DNA of 42,299 nucleotides from Microgenomates group bacterium (GCA_049303675.1 JBAQNJ010000001.1:956001-998299), one strand, 5' to 3'. Shown: positions 24,237-32,400, counted from the stretch's first letter. Notes: generated from the sequence alone by a model not told the origin. Numbers and translations are program-made.

Positions 24237-24779
24237 GTGAATGCTAATTTAAACACAAAGGTTAAACCCCTATTTAATTGCTTAAAAGGCTATTATGAAA
24301 CAGCACCTGAATCAGGATACTGTAGACATCCACCAATTTGGGAAAACTACAATAAGACAATTGATGAACTAAATAATATAACTTCCGTCAATTACGACAG
24401 ATTTAAAATAACTAATATAAGAGATGATGCAGGTGATCAAGTTGTAGATGTAAATGAATACAGACAAAAATTATTAGGTTTGGTCAAATATCTCGAGGGT
24501 GAATATGATTTTTTTGAGGAAACAAAAAGCAGCTCGGGTGTAATCTTTAATAATAATCAGACTCAAAACTTACATTTAACCATTGTTTTAGAGTTTCAAA
24601 CTTTGGTCGATAAAAAATTATATGGCTCAAAACTCGATGAACAAGAAAAGGGTTATTTGGAGAAAATTAAAGAGCTATTGCCTGGAATAAAATCAATAAC
24701 AGAAATAGTCAATTTAATTCTTTCCTTGGGTAAGACAATGGGATTGACCTTAGACCAGATAACAAAATTGTTTACATAA
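24237..24779 (+). CDS. Hypothetical protein (GTG start)
   Basis: A 180-aa ORF, the last cargo gene. No motif recognised. Confidence 0.45.
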   Translation: MNANLNTKVKPLFNCLKGYYETAPESGYCRHPPIWENYNKTIDELNNITSVNYDRFKITNIRDDAGDQVVDVNEYRQKLLGLVKYLEGEYDFFEETKSSSGVIFNNNQTQNLHLTIVLEFQTLVDKKLYGSKLDEQEKGYLEKIKELLPGIKSITEIVNLILSLGKTMGLTLDQITKLFT

Positions 24780-24850
24780 AAGCACGAGAAGTAATATTTA
24801 TTTTTTGTTATTACATAAAAAAATTTGCCACAATTAAAAAATTGAAATCG

Positions 24851-24958
24851 TATTGAAATCCTCACTTTCCATCGGGCGGAAATCGGAGGGGGGCGAGTTC
24901 CGCCCGTCATTATAAATTTTGAAAATCTGTTCGAATATTTTCGAATGCACACCGCCAA
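24851..24958 (+). repeat. attR-side arm: 108-bp perfect inverted-repeat partner of 19792-19899
   Basis: I compared the reverse complement base by base and found it identical. It contains the hairpin gggcggaa/ttccgccc and the ttcgaa-atattt-tcgaa repeats. Confidence 0.95.
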
Positions 24959-24959
24959 A

Positions 24960-25355
24960 ATGAAAAACAATCTCCCCATCCGTGCAGTCAAAGCTGTTAT
25001 CCGAAACAAGAAAGGCGAGATATTATTGCTTCAGAGAAATCCCCAAATATCTCTCCAAGATAACTGGGACCTTCCTGGAGGGCTAGTCGAAACTGGAGAA
25101 AACTTCAAGAATGCTCTCATCCGCGAAGTAATGGAAGAGTTGAATCTAACAATCAACATCACCAAACAAGCAGGCAAGTGGCATTTTATCCGATTCAAAG
25201 ACAAGCAATTAGTACATGTCCAAAACTACCACTGTACTGTTAACAGTGGCGATATTCAGCTCAGTGAAGAACATCACGACTATAAATGGGTAAACCCTTC
25301 TGACATTCGAAAGTATTTAGTAAAAGACGACAGCTTTTATACTGCTATAAACTAG
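24960..25355 (+). CDS. NUDIX hydrolase
   Basis: Contains the Nudix box GGLVETGENFKNALIREVMEELNL. The ORF track start at 24945 lies inside the att arm, so ATG 24960 (MKNNLPIRAV) is preferred. Confidence 0.85.
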   Translation: MKNNLPIRAVKAVIRNKKGEILLLQRNPQISLQDNWDLPGGLVETGENFKNALIREVMEELNLTINITKQAGKWHFIRFKDKQLVHVQNYHCTVNSGDIQLSEEHHDYKWVNPSDIRKYLVKDDSFYTAIN

Positions 25356-25361
25356 GCACTA

Positions 25362-25706
25362 TTATCTCCCTACCACTTTTCCCACCACCATCGACAACAC
25401 GCTCATCACCACCGAAGCAATTAGAGTAGTGGCAAACGAATTACTCTGGACCCCTGGCACGATTTTGATAGCAATCTGCAGTACTATTGCATTGATAACC
25501 AGCGTAAACAAGCCCAAGGTTAGGATATTTATCGGTAGTGTCAAAATCAACAGTATCGGTTTTACCAATATATTAAATAACCCCAAGACCACCACCAATA
25601 CCAACGCCCCTACAAAATCCCCCACTATAAATCCGGAGACAATATAAGCAGTTGCCAAAATAACCAATGCTCTAAAAATCCAACTGGTCAATATCTCCAT
25701 AGACAA
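25362..25706 (-). CDS. DUF360 / holin-4-like small membrane protein
   Basis: A four-TM 114-aa protein (GALVLVVVLGLFNILVKPILLILTLPINILTLGLFTLVINA). The family call is from memory. Confidence 0.6.
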   Translation of the reverse strand: MSMEILTSWIFRALVILATAYIVSGFIVGDFVGALVLVVVLGLFNILVKPILLILTLPINILTLGLFTLVINAIVLQIAIKIVPGVQSNSFATTLIASVVMSVLSMVVGKVVGR

Positions 25707-25757
25707 TTATATCTAATTTCCGCTACATCTTCCATCGATAATCTGCTAACCTTAATC

Positions 25758-26309
25758 GTGAATATTCATCGTCAAAAACATCACAATACTATTTTATTTA
25801 TCCTATTTTTTGTCGGTTTTATTATCTTCTCCCAGAGTTCACTTTTTATTAGCTTTAGTAAAATTCTCGACAGCTTCCCCTTTTTTGGAGCAATACTTGC
25901 CGGCCTGTTATTTGCCTCAACTTTTACGGCCATCGCCGGTGGCCTAATCTTAATACATTTGGCCATCATCATTAATCCCCTCGCCCTTGTCTTACTGGCC
26001 GCCCTCGGAGCAGTGACCTTTGATACCTTAATATTTATTTTTTTTAGAAAACACGTCAGTGCTCACATTAGTGATATCTACTACGACCTTCGTCATCATG
26101 ACCATTTCAAAAAAATCACCCACACCAAATACTTTGCTTGGACCCTACCGGTTATTGGTGCTCTCATTATGGCTTCACCCTTGCCTGATGAATTAGGTAT
26201 TAGCCTCCTTGGACTATCTTCAACCAATATTTCTCGCTTCTTACTAATTTCGACACTCTCTCATTTTGTCGGTATTAGTTCTGTCATCGCCGGTTCCATA
26301 CTGCTCTAA
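25758..26309 (+). CDS. Hypothetical polytopic membrane protein (GTG start)
   Basis: A 183-aa hydrophobic ORF. Confidence 0.5.
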   Translation: MNIHRQKHHNTILFILFFVGFIIFSQSSLFISFSKILDSFPFFGAILAGLLFASTFTAIAGGLILIHLAIIINPLALVLLAALGAVTFDTLIFIFFRKHVSAHISDIYYDLRHHDHFKKITHTKYFAWTLPVIGALIMASPLPDELGISLLGLSSTNISRFLLISTLSHFVGISSVIAGSILL

Positions 26310-26320
26310 AATGTTACTAT

Positions 26321-26353
26321 TAACTGTCGACTGTAAACTGTTATCTGTTAACT
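26321..26353. repeat. Degenerate heptad array of the ACTGT family (intergenic)
   Basis: Reads taactgt cgactgt aaactgt tatctgt taact, upstream of hpf. Confidence 0.7.
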
Positions 26354-26359
26354 ATAATA

Positions 26360-26665
26360 ATGAATATTCAAATCATCGGCGACAACTTTAATGTTTCTGA
26401 TAACACTCGTCACTTAGTTGAGGAAAAAATTGGCTCTCATCTCGATAAACTGCTCACCAAGTTTGATCCAGAATTTCATTCTGCCCTAATTCGCATTCAA
26501 AAAGATAAATTTGATAATTATCTCGTCAACTTGGACATGAATTTACCTGGCAAAGAACACATTTATGCCGATACTACCCACAAAATACTCGAATCAGCCT
26601 TAATTGACCTCTCACAAGAGGCTGAGGTTCAAATCCAAAAATACAAAGAAAAACTTCATTCATGA
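26360..26665 (+). CDS. hpf: Ribosome hibernation promoting factor (short HPF/RaiA)
   Basis: MNIQIIGDNFNVSDNTRHLVEEKIGSHLDKL is a typical S30AE-family N-terminus. Confidence 0.8.
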   Translation: MNIQIIGDNFNVSDNTRHLVEEKIGSHLDKLLTKFDPEFHSALIRIQKDKFDNYLVNLDMNLPGKEHIYADTTHKILESALIDLSQEAEVQIQKYKEKLHS

Positions 26666-27441
26666 TCCCACTTTTCTACCAGTTAATTGAGGCCTACCAT
26701 CCCCAAAGCTATTCTCCTCCCTCAATCACTTTAATTTCTGATGTTTCCACCCCATCAGTACTTGGTGTAGCCACCTCCTCCATTGTCACGCCCCAAAATA
26801 TTGGCGGTGAAGGACAAGTCTACACCATCGGCTTTTTGGGCGACTCCATGGTTCAAACCCTCGGCGAGGATCTCCAGTCCATCAAAACATCTCTCTCCCA
26901 GCTATTTCCCCGCCATGTTTTTCATCTAATCAATCGAGGAACGGGTAGCCAAAATATTGAATATGGTCTCAATACCGAGCTCCCCCTGCTTCTTGACCAA
27001 AAACCCGATATTATAGTGGTTGAATCATTTGCCTACAACAATTTTGGCAACACCCAAACTGGTTATGATCGCCATTGGCTGGCTCTCGGAGCTATTACCT
27101 CCACTATCCGCCAAAAATTACCCCAAACAAAAATTATAATTGCCACTACCATCGCCCCCAACTCAATAGTTTTTGCCAACGGTGTCAAAGACCTCCAATT
27201 ATCATCTCTTGATAAAGTTGAAAAAACCAGCACCATTAAGCTCTATCTTCAAAACGCCATCAATTTTGCCACCTCACAAGGATTTGCCCTTGCCGATGCT
27301 TATCATCCCAGCTTAATTAACAATGAAGGTTCCCGACAATACATCAATTCAGTTGACAACATCCACCCCTCTGCTGCTGGCGCTTCACTTTTTGCCAATG
27401 TCTTGACTCAAACAATCAGTGGCCGTCGGTTGATTGACTAA
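26662..27441 (+). CDS. SGNH/GDSL-family hydrolase
   Basis: Contains block I FLGDSM and block V DNIHPS. Confidence 0.8.
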   Translation: MIPLFYQLIEAYHPQSYSPPSITLISDVSTPSVLGVATSSIVTPQNIGGEGQVYTIGFLGDSMVQTLGEDLQSIKTSLSQLFPRHVFHLINRGTGSQNIEYGLNTELPLLLDQKPDIIVVESFAYNNFGNTQTGYDRHWLALGAITSTIRQKLPQTKIIIATTIAPNSIVFANGVKDLQLSSLDKVEKTSTIKLYLQNAINFATSQGFALADAYHPSLINNEGSRQYINSVDNIHPSAAGASLFANVLTQTISGRRLID

Positions 27442-27609
27442 CCGGACTCTAGGCATGTTTAAAGCCTGCACACTTCTCCGATCTTCTTCCATCATTCGTT
27501 GTGCCTCCTCAACGCCCACCTCTTTACCCACCCACACTGGTTCTCTACCCAAAGGACCCCATGTCCACTGCCCCCGATGAACTAACAATTTTACTTTTTC
27601 ATCTGCCAT
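27385..27609 (-). CDS. Hypothetical small protein (weak call)
   Basis: A 74-aa ORF whose start lies 1 nt after the stop of the upstream ORF. It overlaps the convergent SGNH gene by 57 nt. Confidence 0.35.
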   Translation of the reverse strand: MADEKVKLLVHRGQWTWGPLGREPVWVGKEVGVEEAQRMMEEDRRSVQALNMPRVRLVNQPTATDCLSQDIGKK

Positions 27610-27610
27610 A

Positions 27611-27832
27611 TTATTTATATGATCGAACTAATAATCCTCCACAAGCACAAGGTAGCTCTTGGGGAATTTTTTTTAAAGCATCGTCCAATCTAAAATCCCT
27701 AGTCAACCTAAAATAATCCATTTTTGTCACCTCGCCACTTACTCCCAACACTTCACACCTCAGGGCACTCTTGCAGTGGACATATGGAGTCACTACTCTC
27801 ACTGTAACAACCTTCTGCTCTGTTGTATCCAT
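27611..27832 (-). CDS. Hypothetical small Cys-containing protein (weak call)
   Basis: A 73-aa ORF containing HCxxxxRC and CAC. It is coupled to 27385-27609. Confidence 0.35.
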   Translation of the reverse strand: MDTTEQKVVTVRVVTPYVHCKSALRCEVLGVSGEVTKMDYFRLTRDFRLDDALKKIPQELPCACGGLLVRSYK

Positions 27833-27885
27833 TTGGGGTATTCTAACATGCTTGATAATAGCCGTAAACTTGGTAAACTACCTAC

Positions 27886-28065
27886 ATGGCCAAAGCAAAA
27901 AAAACACCTCGTATCTTGATCTCCCTCTGCTGTGCAGTTTGTGGTGCTCAAAATTATCTGACCGAAAAAAATAAAACCAATACCCCCGACAAACTAAAGT
28001 TTGTCAAATATTGTAACTGGTGTAAAAAACGCACTGATCACAAAGAATCAACCAAATTAAAGTAA
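27886..28065 (+). CDS. rpmG: 50S ribosomal protein L33
   Basis: Manual translation gives MAKAKKTPRILISLCCAVCGAQNYLTEKNKTNTPDKLKFVKYCNWCKKRTDHKESTKLK, with the zinc-ribbon CxxC...CxxC. At 59 aa it is below the ORF-track cutoff. Confidence 0.9.
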   Translation: MAKAKKTPRILISLCCAVCGAQNYLTEKNKTNTPDKLKFVKYCNWCKKRTDHKESTKLK

Positions 28066-28068
28066 ATT

Positions 28069-28281
28069 ATGCCCACAGTTACCGATATATTAGTTATACA
28101 CAGCGACTTAACCCAACAAGTTGAAAAGGCGGCGATCGATTTATCCGGCTGGGCTCAGATGATCGGTGAAGGTAGTGATGTACCCAGTTCACTCACAGAG
28201 ACTCTCGATTCCAAAAGACAACACTTAAACGAATTAACTATTCTCCTCCAACAATTTGAAGCTAGACCAGTCCAACTCTAA
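28069..28281 (+). CDS. Hypothetical acidic 70-aa protein
   Basis: The ATG lies 3 nt after the rpmG stop. Its end overlaps the radical SAM ORF by 26 nt. Confidence 0.45.
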   Translation: MPTVTDILVIHSDLTQQVEKAAIDLSGWAQMIGEGSDVPSSLTETLDSKRQHLNELTILLQQFEARPVQL

Positions 28282-29047
28282 GAGTCTTGAAAACATTTAT
28301 ATTTCCCCTCTCGAACTCTGCAACCTCAGTTGTCTCTATTGTTATACCCATAAAACCAAAAGTATTTTAACCAACAGCCAGATTTTAGATTTTGTCAAAA
28401 ATTATAACTCGGAACTCATAACTCGTAACTCTAAACTCAAGTCAATCATATTTTGTGGCGGTGAAGTCTTTACTCTTCCAAAATTTACAAATCTAGTTAA
28501 TCAACTACTCTCTCAAAACATTTTTATTTCCATTATTACCAACGGTACTATCGACAAACTGGACGAGATAAGTGAACCCCACAACTGTCAATTAATTGTC
28601 TCCTTTGACGGACCGGAACAGATCCATGATCAAAATCGAGGCGAGGGCAACTTTGCCAAATCAAAAGCATTTGTGGAGCACGCTCTCTCCCTCGGCTTTC
28701 CTGTCGAAATTTTTTATTTAGTCACCAAAGACTCATACCCACACTTTAAGACTTTCCAACTTTTCGACTTACATATCACCTATCTCACCGACCGTTTAGG
28801 CTCATTAACCAGAGAACAGGTGTCGGAAATTCGCCAAAACTACCCCTGCTATCCTCCCAAAGATTTTGGTTGCAATATTTTTTCCCTCCAATCTGATGGC
28901 AAATTTTACGGTTGCTGTGAATCCACTCGTTCCATTGGCTCTTTAACTGATCCTCTCGACAAAATTCTCGCAAAATACACTGATATAATTACCCAGCATC
29001 CCCTATGCTCTGACCCAAATTATTGGTGTGACCTAAAACCCCAATAG
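28256..29047 (+). CDS. Radical SAM protein with a Cys-rich (SPASM/twitch-like) C-terminus
   Basis: Has the CNLSCLYC (CX3CX2C) motif near the N-terminus and C-terminal cysteines (GCN...GCCES...HPLCSDPNYWC). TTG is the only plausible start upstream of the motif. Confidence 0.8.
   Translation: MKLDQSNSKSLENIYISPLELCNLSCLYCYTHKTKSILTNSQILDFVKNYNSELITRNSKLKSIIFCGGEVFTLPKFTNLVNQLLSQNIFISIITNGTIDKLDEISEPHNCQLIVSFDGPEQIHDQNRGEGNFAKSKAFVEHALSLGFPVEIFYLVTKDSYPHFKTFQLFDLHITYLTDRLGSLTREQVSEIRQNYPCYPPKDFGCNIFSLQSDGKFYGCCESTRSIGSLTDPLDKILAKYTDIITQHPLCSDPNYWCDLKPQ
28404..28438. repeat. Heptad array, TAACTCG family, in frame in the radical SAM gene
   Basis: Reads taactcg gaactca taactcg taactct aaactc and encodes NSELITRNSKL. 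Confidence 0.8.
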
Positions 29048-30256
29048 CTTTAATTTTTCTTCCACTGCCTCAAACGAAAAATTTTTTCTGGCAATTTCAA
29101 AATTCTTATTAGTAATATTCCTAACTTTTTCTTTATCTGTTAGCACACTTGCCACATCTTTGACTGTTTTATTGGTGATTCTTCCGTTTATGGCAATCGT
29201 TTCAAATCCCAAGGGCTCTAAATCTTTTTTATAAACAGGATATCTATTTACAAAAATTGGAATTCTAAAAAATGCTGCTTCAATAAATTGATTACCAAAA
29301 CCCTCGACTGCTGATGGATATGTCGTCAAGTCACAGTTATGAAAACAGTCCCACAAGGTATATGTTTGAACACCATCTATTATTTCCCTTTTTGCTCCAA
29401 CTCTACACCCAATAAATTTTACCCTAACTCCCTTTTGTTTTGCCAACTCCTCTAGTTTTTTAATATAATTTCCAGATTCATCTCCATCCCTACCCGCCAA
29501 TACCAAAACAATCCTCCGATTGTTTAGCCTTGATACCAACTCCAGAGAAAGCTCAATCTGTTTTCGGGGGACAATCCTAGTTGCTTGTAAAAAAACAATG
29601 TCTTTCTTAGTTATCCCAAAATCATTGCGCCATCTCGCCGAAAATCCGTTTGAATATACTTTTTCATTATTAAAGTCAAAGCAATCACCTATCACAACCG
29701 ACTCGATTCCACACCTCTTTTTTAATTCAGTTGCTGTCAAACTATTAATAGTCACATGTTTAATTAGAGGATTTGTTGGTGGAAAAAATTTCTTAAAAAA
29801 AGCAAAGCAACTAGACTTTAGGTATCTTTTTCTCTCCCACCAAAAATCATGATGTCTGGCTACTGTCGGAATTTTTAGGTCAGTTATCACTCTCTCCAAT
29901 GCTACTGCCAAGGGAAAGTGAATAGGCAAACTAAAGACATTGGCTACTACCAGTACATCTGGTTTTATACGATTCAACTCGACTCTCAGAGACCCCTCTA
30001 TCTTGCCGGCCAAACTATAAACTTCCCTCTCCACCTTTTTATAGGCTACATGATTATCGACTATCTCTTCATGAACCCAGTATGCCTCTGGATAGGTAAA
30101 GTGCATTTCCGGAATTACTATCCCCGATCCATCCAGTTCACCGGCTATAAATACTACTTTATGTCCCATTCTTGTCAGAATCTTTTTCCAGCGCTCCGCC
30201 TCCAAACTAACCCCATCATTCCCTGCCACTCGAAATGATACAAAACCAATTTTCAT
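29033..30256 (-). CDS. GT4-family (group 1) glycosyltransferase
   Basis: Has the N-terminus MKIGFVSFRVAGNDGVS and the C-terminal EGFGNQFIEA (E-x7-E region). Confidence 0.8.
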   Translation of the reverse strand: MKIGFVSFRVAGNDGVSLEAERWKKILTRMGHKVVFIAGELDGSGIVIPEMHFTYPEAYWVHEEIVDNHVAYKKVEREVYSLAGKIEGSLRVELNRIKPDVLVVANVFSLPIHFPLAVALERVITDLKIPTVARHHDFWWERKRYLKSSCFAFFKKFFPPTNPLIKHVTINSLTATELKKRCGIESVVIGDCFDFNNEKVYSNGFSARWRNDFGITKKDIVFLQATRIVPRKQIELSLELVSRLNNRRIVLVLAGRDGDESGNYIKKLEELAKQKGVRVKFIGCRVGAKREIIDGVQTYTLWDCFHNCDLTTYPSAVEGFGNQFIEAAFFRIPIFVNRYPVYKKDLEPLGFETIAINGRITNKTVKDVASVLTDKEKVRNITNKNFEIARKNFSFEAVEEKLKLLGF

Positions 30257-30281
30257 CTACTCCAATATATAATCAGACTAC

Positions 30282-31100
30282 ATGGATATCAACCAGCTAC
30301 TCAAAACCACCCGCCAATATTTTTGGGACAAAGAGTTCACCGAGGTCGAAGTAAATTATCTCAACCGTTCCCTTCCCCTCGAACCAAATCTTTATTCGTT
30401 CAAAGTAAATGACTGGTATCTCCCGACATCTCCCGAGTTTGCCCTTAAAGAATTATTGGCCAAAAGTCCCCAAAACTGCTTTGCTATTGGTCATTGTTTT
30501 CGCAATTTAGAATCGACCAGCCTTTGGCATACCCCCGAATTTTTGATGCTCGAATGGTACGAAGTCGGCAAAAATCTCGAGGATCTAAAACAGTCCACCC
30601 AAGAATATATTCACCTGTTTTTGCCAAATATAAAATTTTCTGAATTCAAAATCCCTCCAAATAATTTTGACAACGAACCTGATTTTAATCAATTTTTTCT
30701 AAATGTTGTTGAACCCAGTCTTCCCCACGATGGCGCAGTGTTTGTCACTGGCTATCCTGCATTTCTTAGTCCACTTGCTCAACGAAAACCACACGGAGTA
30801 AATGGTTTTTCCGAAGCTTTCAACACGCCAGTATTGACTGGCGAGGAAAAATTATTTACGAGTGTAAGGTTTGAGTTGTACATAAACGGTATAGAAATAG
30901 CCAATGCTTGCGAGGAAAATAGAGATGCCGAATCAATTAAGTCGGCTTTTTTACAAGAAGAAAAATATCGACTAGAAAATCACCTTCCCACCCACCCCAT
31001 CTCTGACAAATTTGTAGAAAACTGTAGTAATATTCCTTTATGTTCCGGCATCGGACTAGGAATAGATAGATTATTAAAAATAATAAATGGTGTTTACTAA
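30282..31100 (+). CDS. Class II aminoacyl-tRNA-synthetase catalytic-core paralogue (EpmA/GenX-like)
   Basis: Contains a motif 2-like FRNLESTSLWHTPEFLMLEWY and a motif 3-like GIGLGIDRL. There is no anticodon-binding domain. Confidence 0.7.
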   Translation: MDINQLLKTTRQYFWDKEFTEVEVNYLNRSLPLEPNLYSFKVNDWYLPTSPEFALKELLAKSPQNCFAIGHCFRNLESTSLWHTPEFLMLEWYEVGKNLEDLKQSTQEYIHLFLPNIKFSEFKIPPNNFDNEPDFNQFFLNVVEPSLPHDGAVFVTGYPAFLSPLAQRKPHGVNGFSEAFNTPVLTGEEKLFTSVRFELYINGIEIANACEENRDAESIKSAFLQEEKYRLENHLPTHPISDKFVENCSNIPLCSGIGLGIDRLLKIINGVY

Positions 31101-31662
31101 CAAATCTTTGCTCCCAACCCCAGAAATGGGTCAAGAAGTCATGGCCCCAAAGTGGCTGACAGAGTCCCTTCAGGAACAGATAGATAACGCCAAACTCGCC
31201 AGAACCGATTTCATCAGCGGACTTCCAAACAAACTCGCTTGGGCCGAACGGCTAGAAGAACACAGGCTTTCACGCCATCCTCTAACAATCATGATGTTAG
31301 ATCTCGACCGCTTTAAAAAAATCAACGATACTCACGGCCACCTCAAAGGTGATACCTGCATCAGAGACACAGCTACCATAATCATGTCCAGTGTTAGACC
31401 AGATGATTTTGTAGCCAACACTGGTGGCGATGAGTTTGCCATAATCTTGGATTGTTCCACTGACGACCCTACAAAAATTATTGAAATCGTGAAGTCAAGA
31501 CTGACGAAACAGTTTCAAGAATATAACACCCATAACGAAGTAGAATTACACTTCTCAGTTGGTTCAGCTATTTCAGTATATGATCAAAATAAACCTCACG
31601 ACACGTATCAAACTTTTCATAAAGCTGATATTGCAATGTACGCGGAAAAAAATAATAAATAA
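31087..31662 (+). CDS. GGDEF-domain diguanylate cyclase (no obvious sensor domain)
   Basis: Contains MLDLDRFKKINDTHGH and GGDEFAI. It overlaps the upstream gene by 14 nt. Confidence 0.85.
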   Translation: MVFTNKSLLPTPEMGQEVMAPKWLTESLQEQIDNAKLARTDFISGLPNKLAWAERLEEHRLSRHPLTIMMLDLDRFKKINDTHGHLKGDTCIRDTATIIMSSVRPDDFVANTGGDEFAIILDCSTDDPTKIIEIVKSRLTKQFQEYNTHNEVELHFSVGSAISVYDQNKPHDTYQTFHKADIAMYAEKNNK

Positions 31663-31779
31663 TATATAATAAACATATGGCACAACAGCAACAAAAAAAT
31701 ACTCGGGTCAAGGCTCCCCAAAAACCACTTATCCCCAGCTTCCAGCCTCCCCAGTTCCAAAACTTCAAAAAACCCCTCT

Positions 31780-32400
31780 TTGGCAAGCAACAAAGTTTTG
31801 CTACTGCCTTTAGAACTCAGAGTAAGGGTGGCGGAGGAAAATAATATAAAAAACTTTGTTTTTTTATCAATACTAAGCATTTTCTTATTACCCTTTCTTT
31901 TTTTAGATCAATTCCGTCCTGATTCTATTCCCAATCCTACACCACCCCAAGTCCTCGGTAACAGTATTATCCTCCCCTCCAGTAATTCTAAAAGAATTGA
32001 GGTTGACTTGACCACCCAAAGGCTCTATGCCTATCAGGATAATCAAAAAATTTTTGACTATTCCATCTCCTCAGGCACTTGGAACCGTACTCCCAATGGT
32101 ACTTTCACTATTTGGACCAAGATCCGCTCTCAAAAAATGTCTGGCGGCTCCAAAGAATTGGGTAATTATTATTATCTTCCCAATGTCCCCTACATTATGT
32201 TTTTCTACAATGACAAAACCGCCAAAAAAATAGGCTACAGTATTCACGGCGCCTATTGGCACAACAATTTTGGCGTCCCTATGAGCCATGGCTGTATCAA
32301 CATGCGTCCCGATGAATCGGCACTAATCTATAATTGGGCCGAGGTGGGCACACCCATTACCATTAGTGGCAAATATAGTCCTAGCTTATCCCAGAAATAA
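31780..32400 (+). CDS. L,D-transpeptidase (YkuD domain); start uncertain (TTG)
   Basis: Contains the catalytic motif SIHGAYWHNNFGVPMSHGCINM and an N-terminal TM segment. Confidence 0.8.
   Translation: MASNKVLLLPLELRVRVAEENNIKNFVFLSILSIFLLPFLFLDQFRPDSIPNPTPPQVLGNSIILPSSNSKRIEVDLTTQRLYAYQDNQKIFDYSISSGTWNRTPNGTFTIWTKIRSQKMSGGSKELGNYYYLPNVPYIMFFYNDKTAKKIGYSIHGAYWHNNFGVPMSHGCINMRPDESALIYNWAEVGTPITISGKYSPSLSQK

Larger units (their letters stand above)
18254..24958. mobile_element. ~6.7 kb integrated island at the tRNA-Ser 3' end, bounded by the direct 7-bp core CCGCCAA
   Basis: The core occurs at 18254-18260 and 24952-24958 in the same orientation. A recombinase and a non-housekeeping cargo lie between. 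The sequences outside the cores are unrelated to each other. Confidence 0.7.

Noticed and set aside
27771-27974. The ORF-track entry of 67 aa on the plus strand.
   Set aside because: It is an out-of-frame shadow of rpmG. The correct frame from ATG 27886 gives a textbook L33 sequence.
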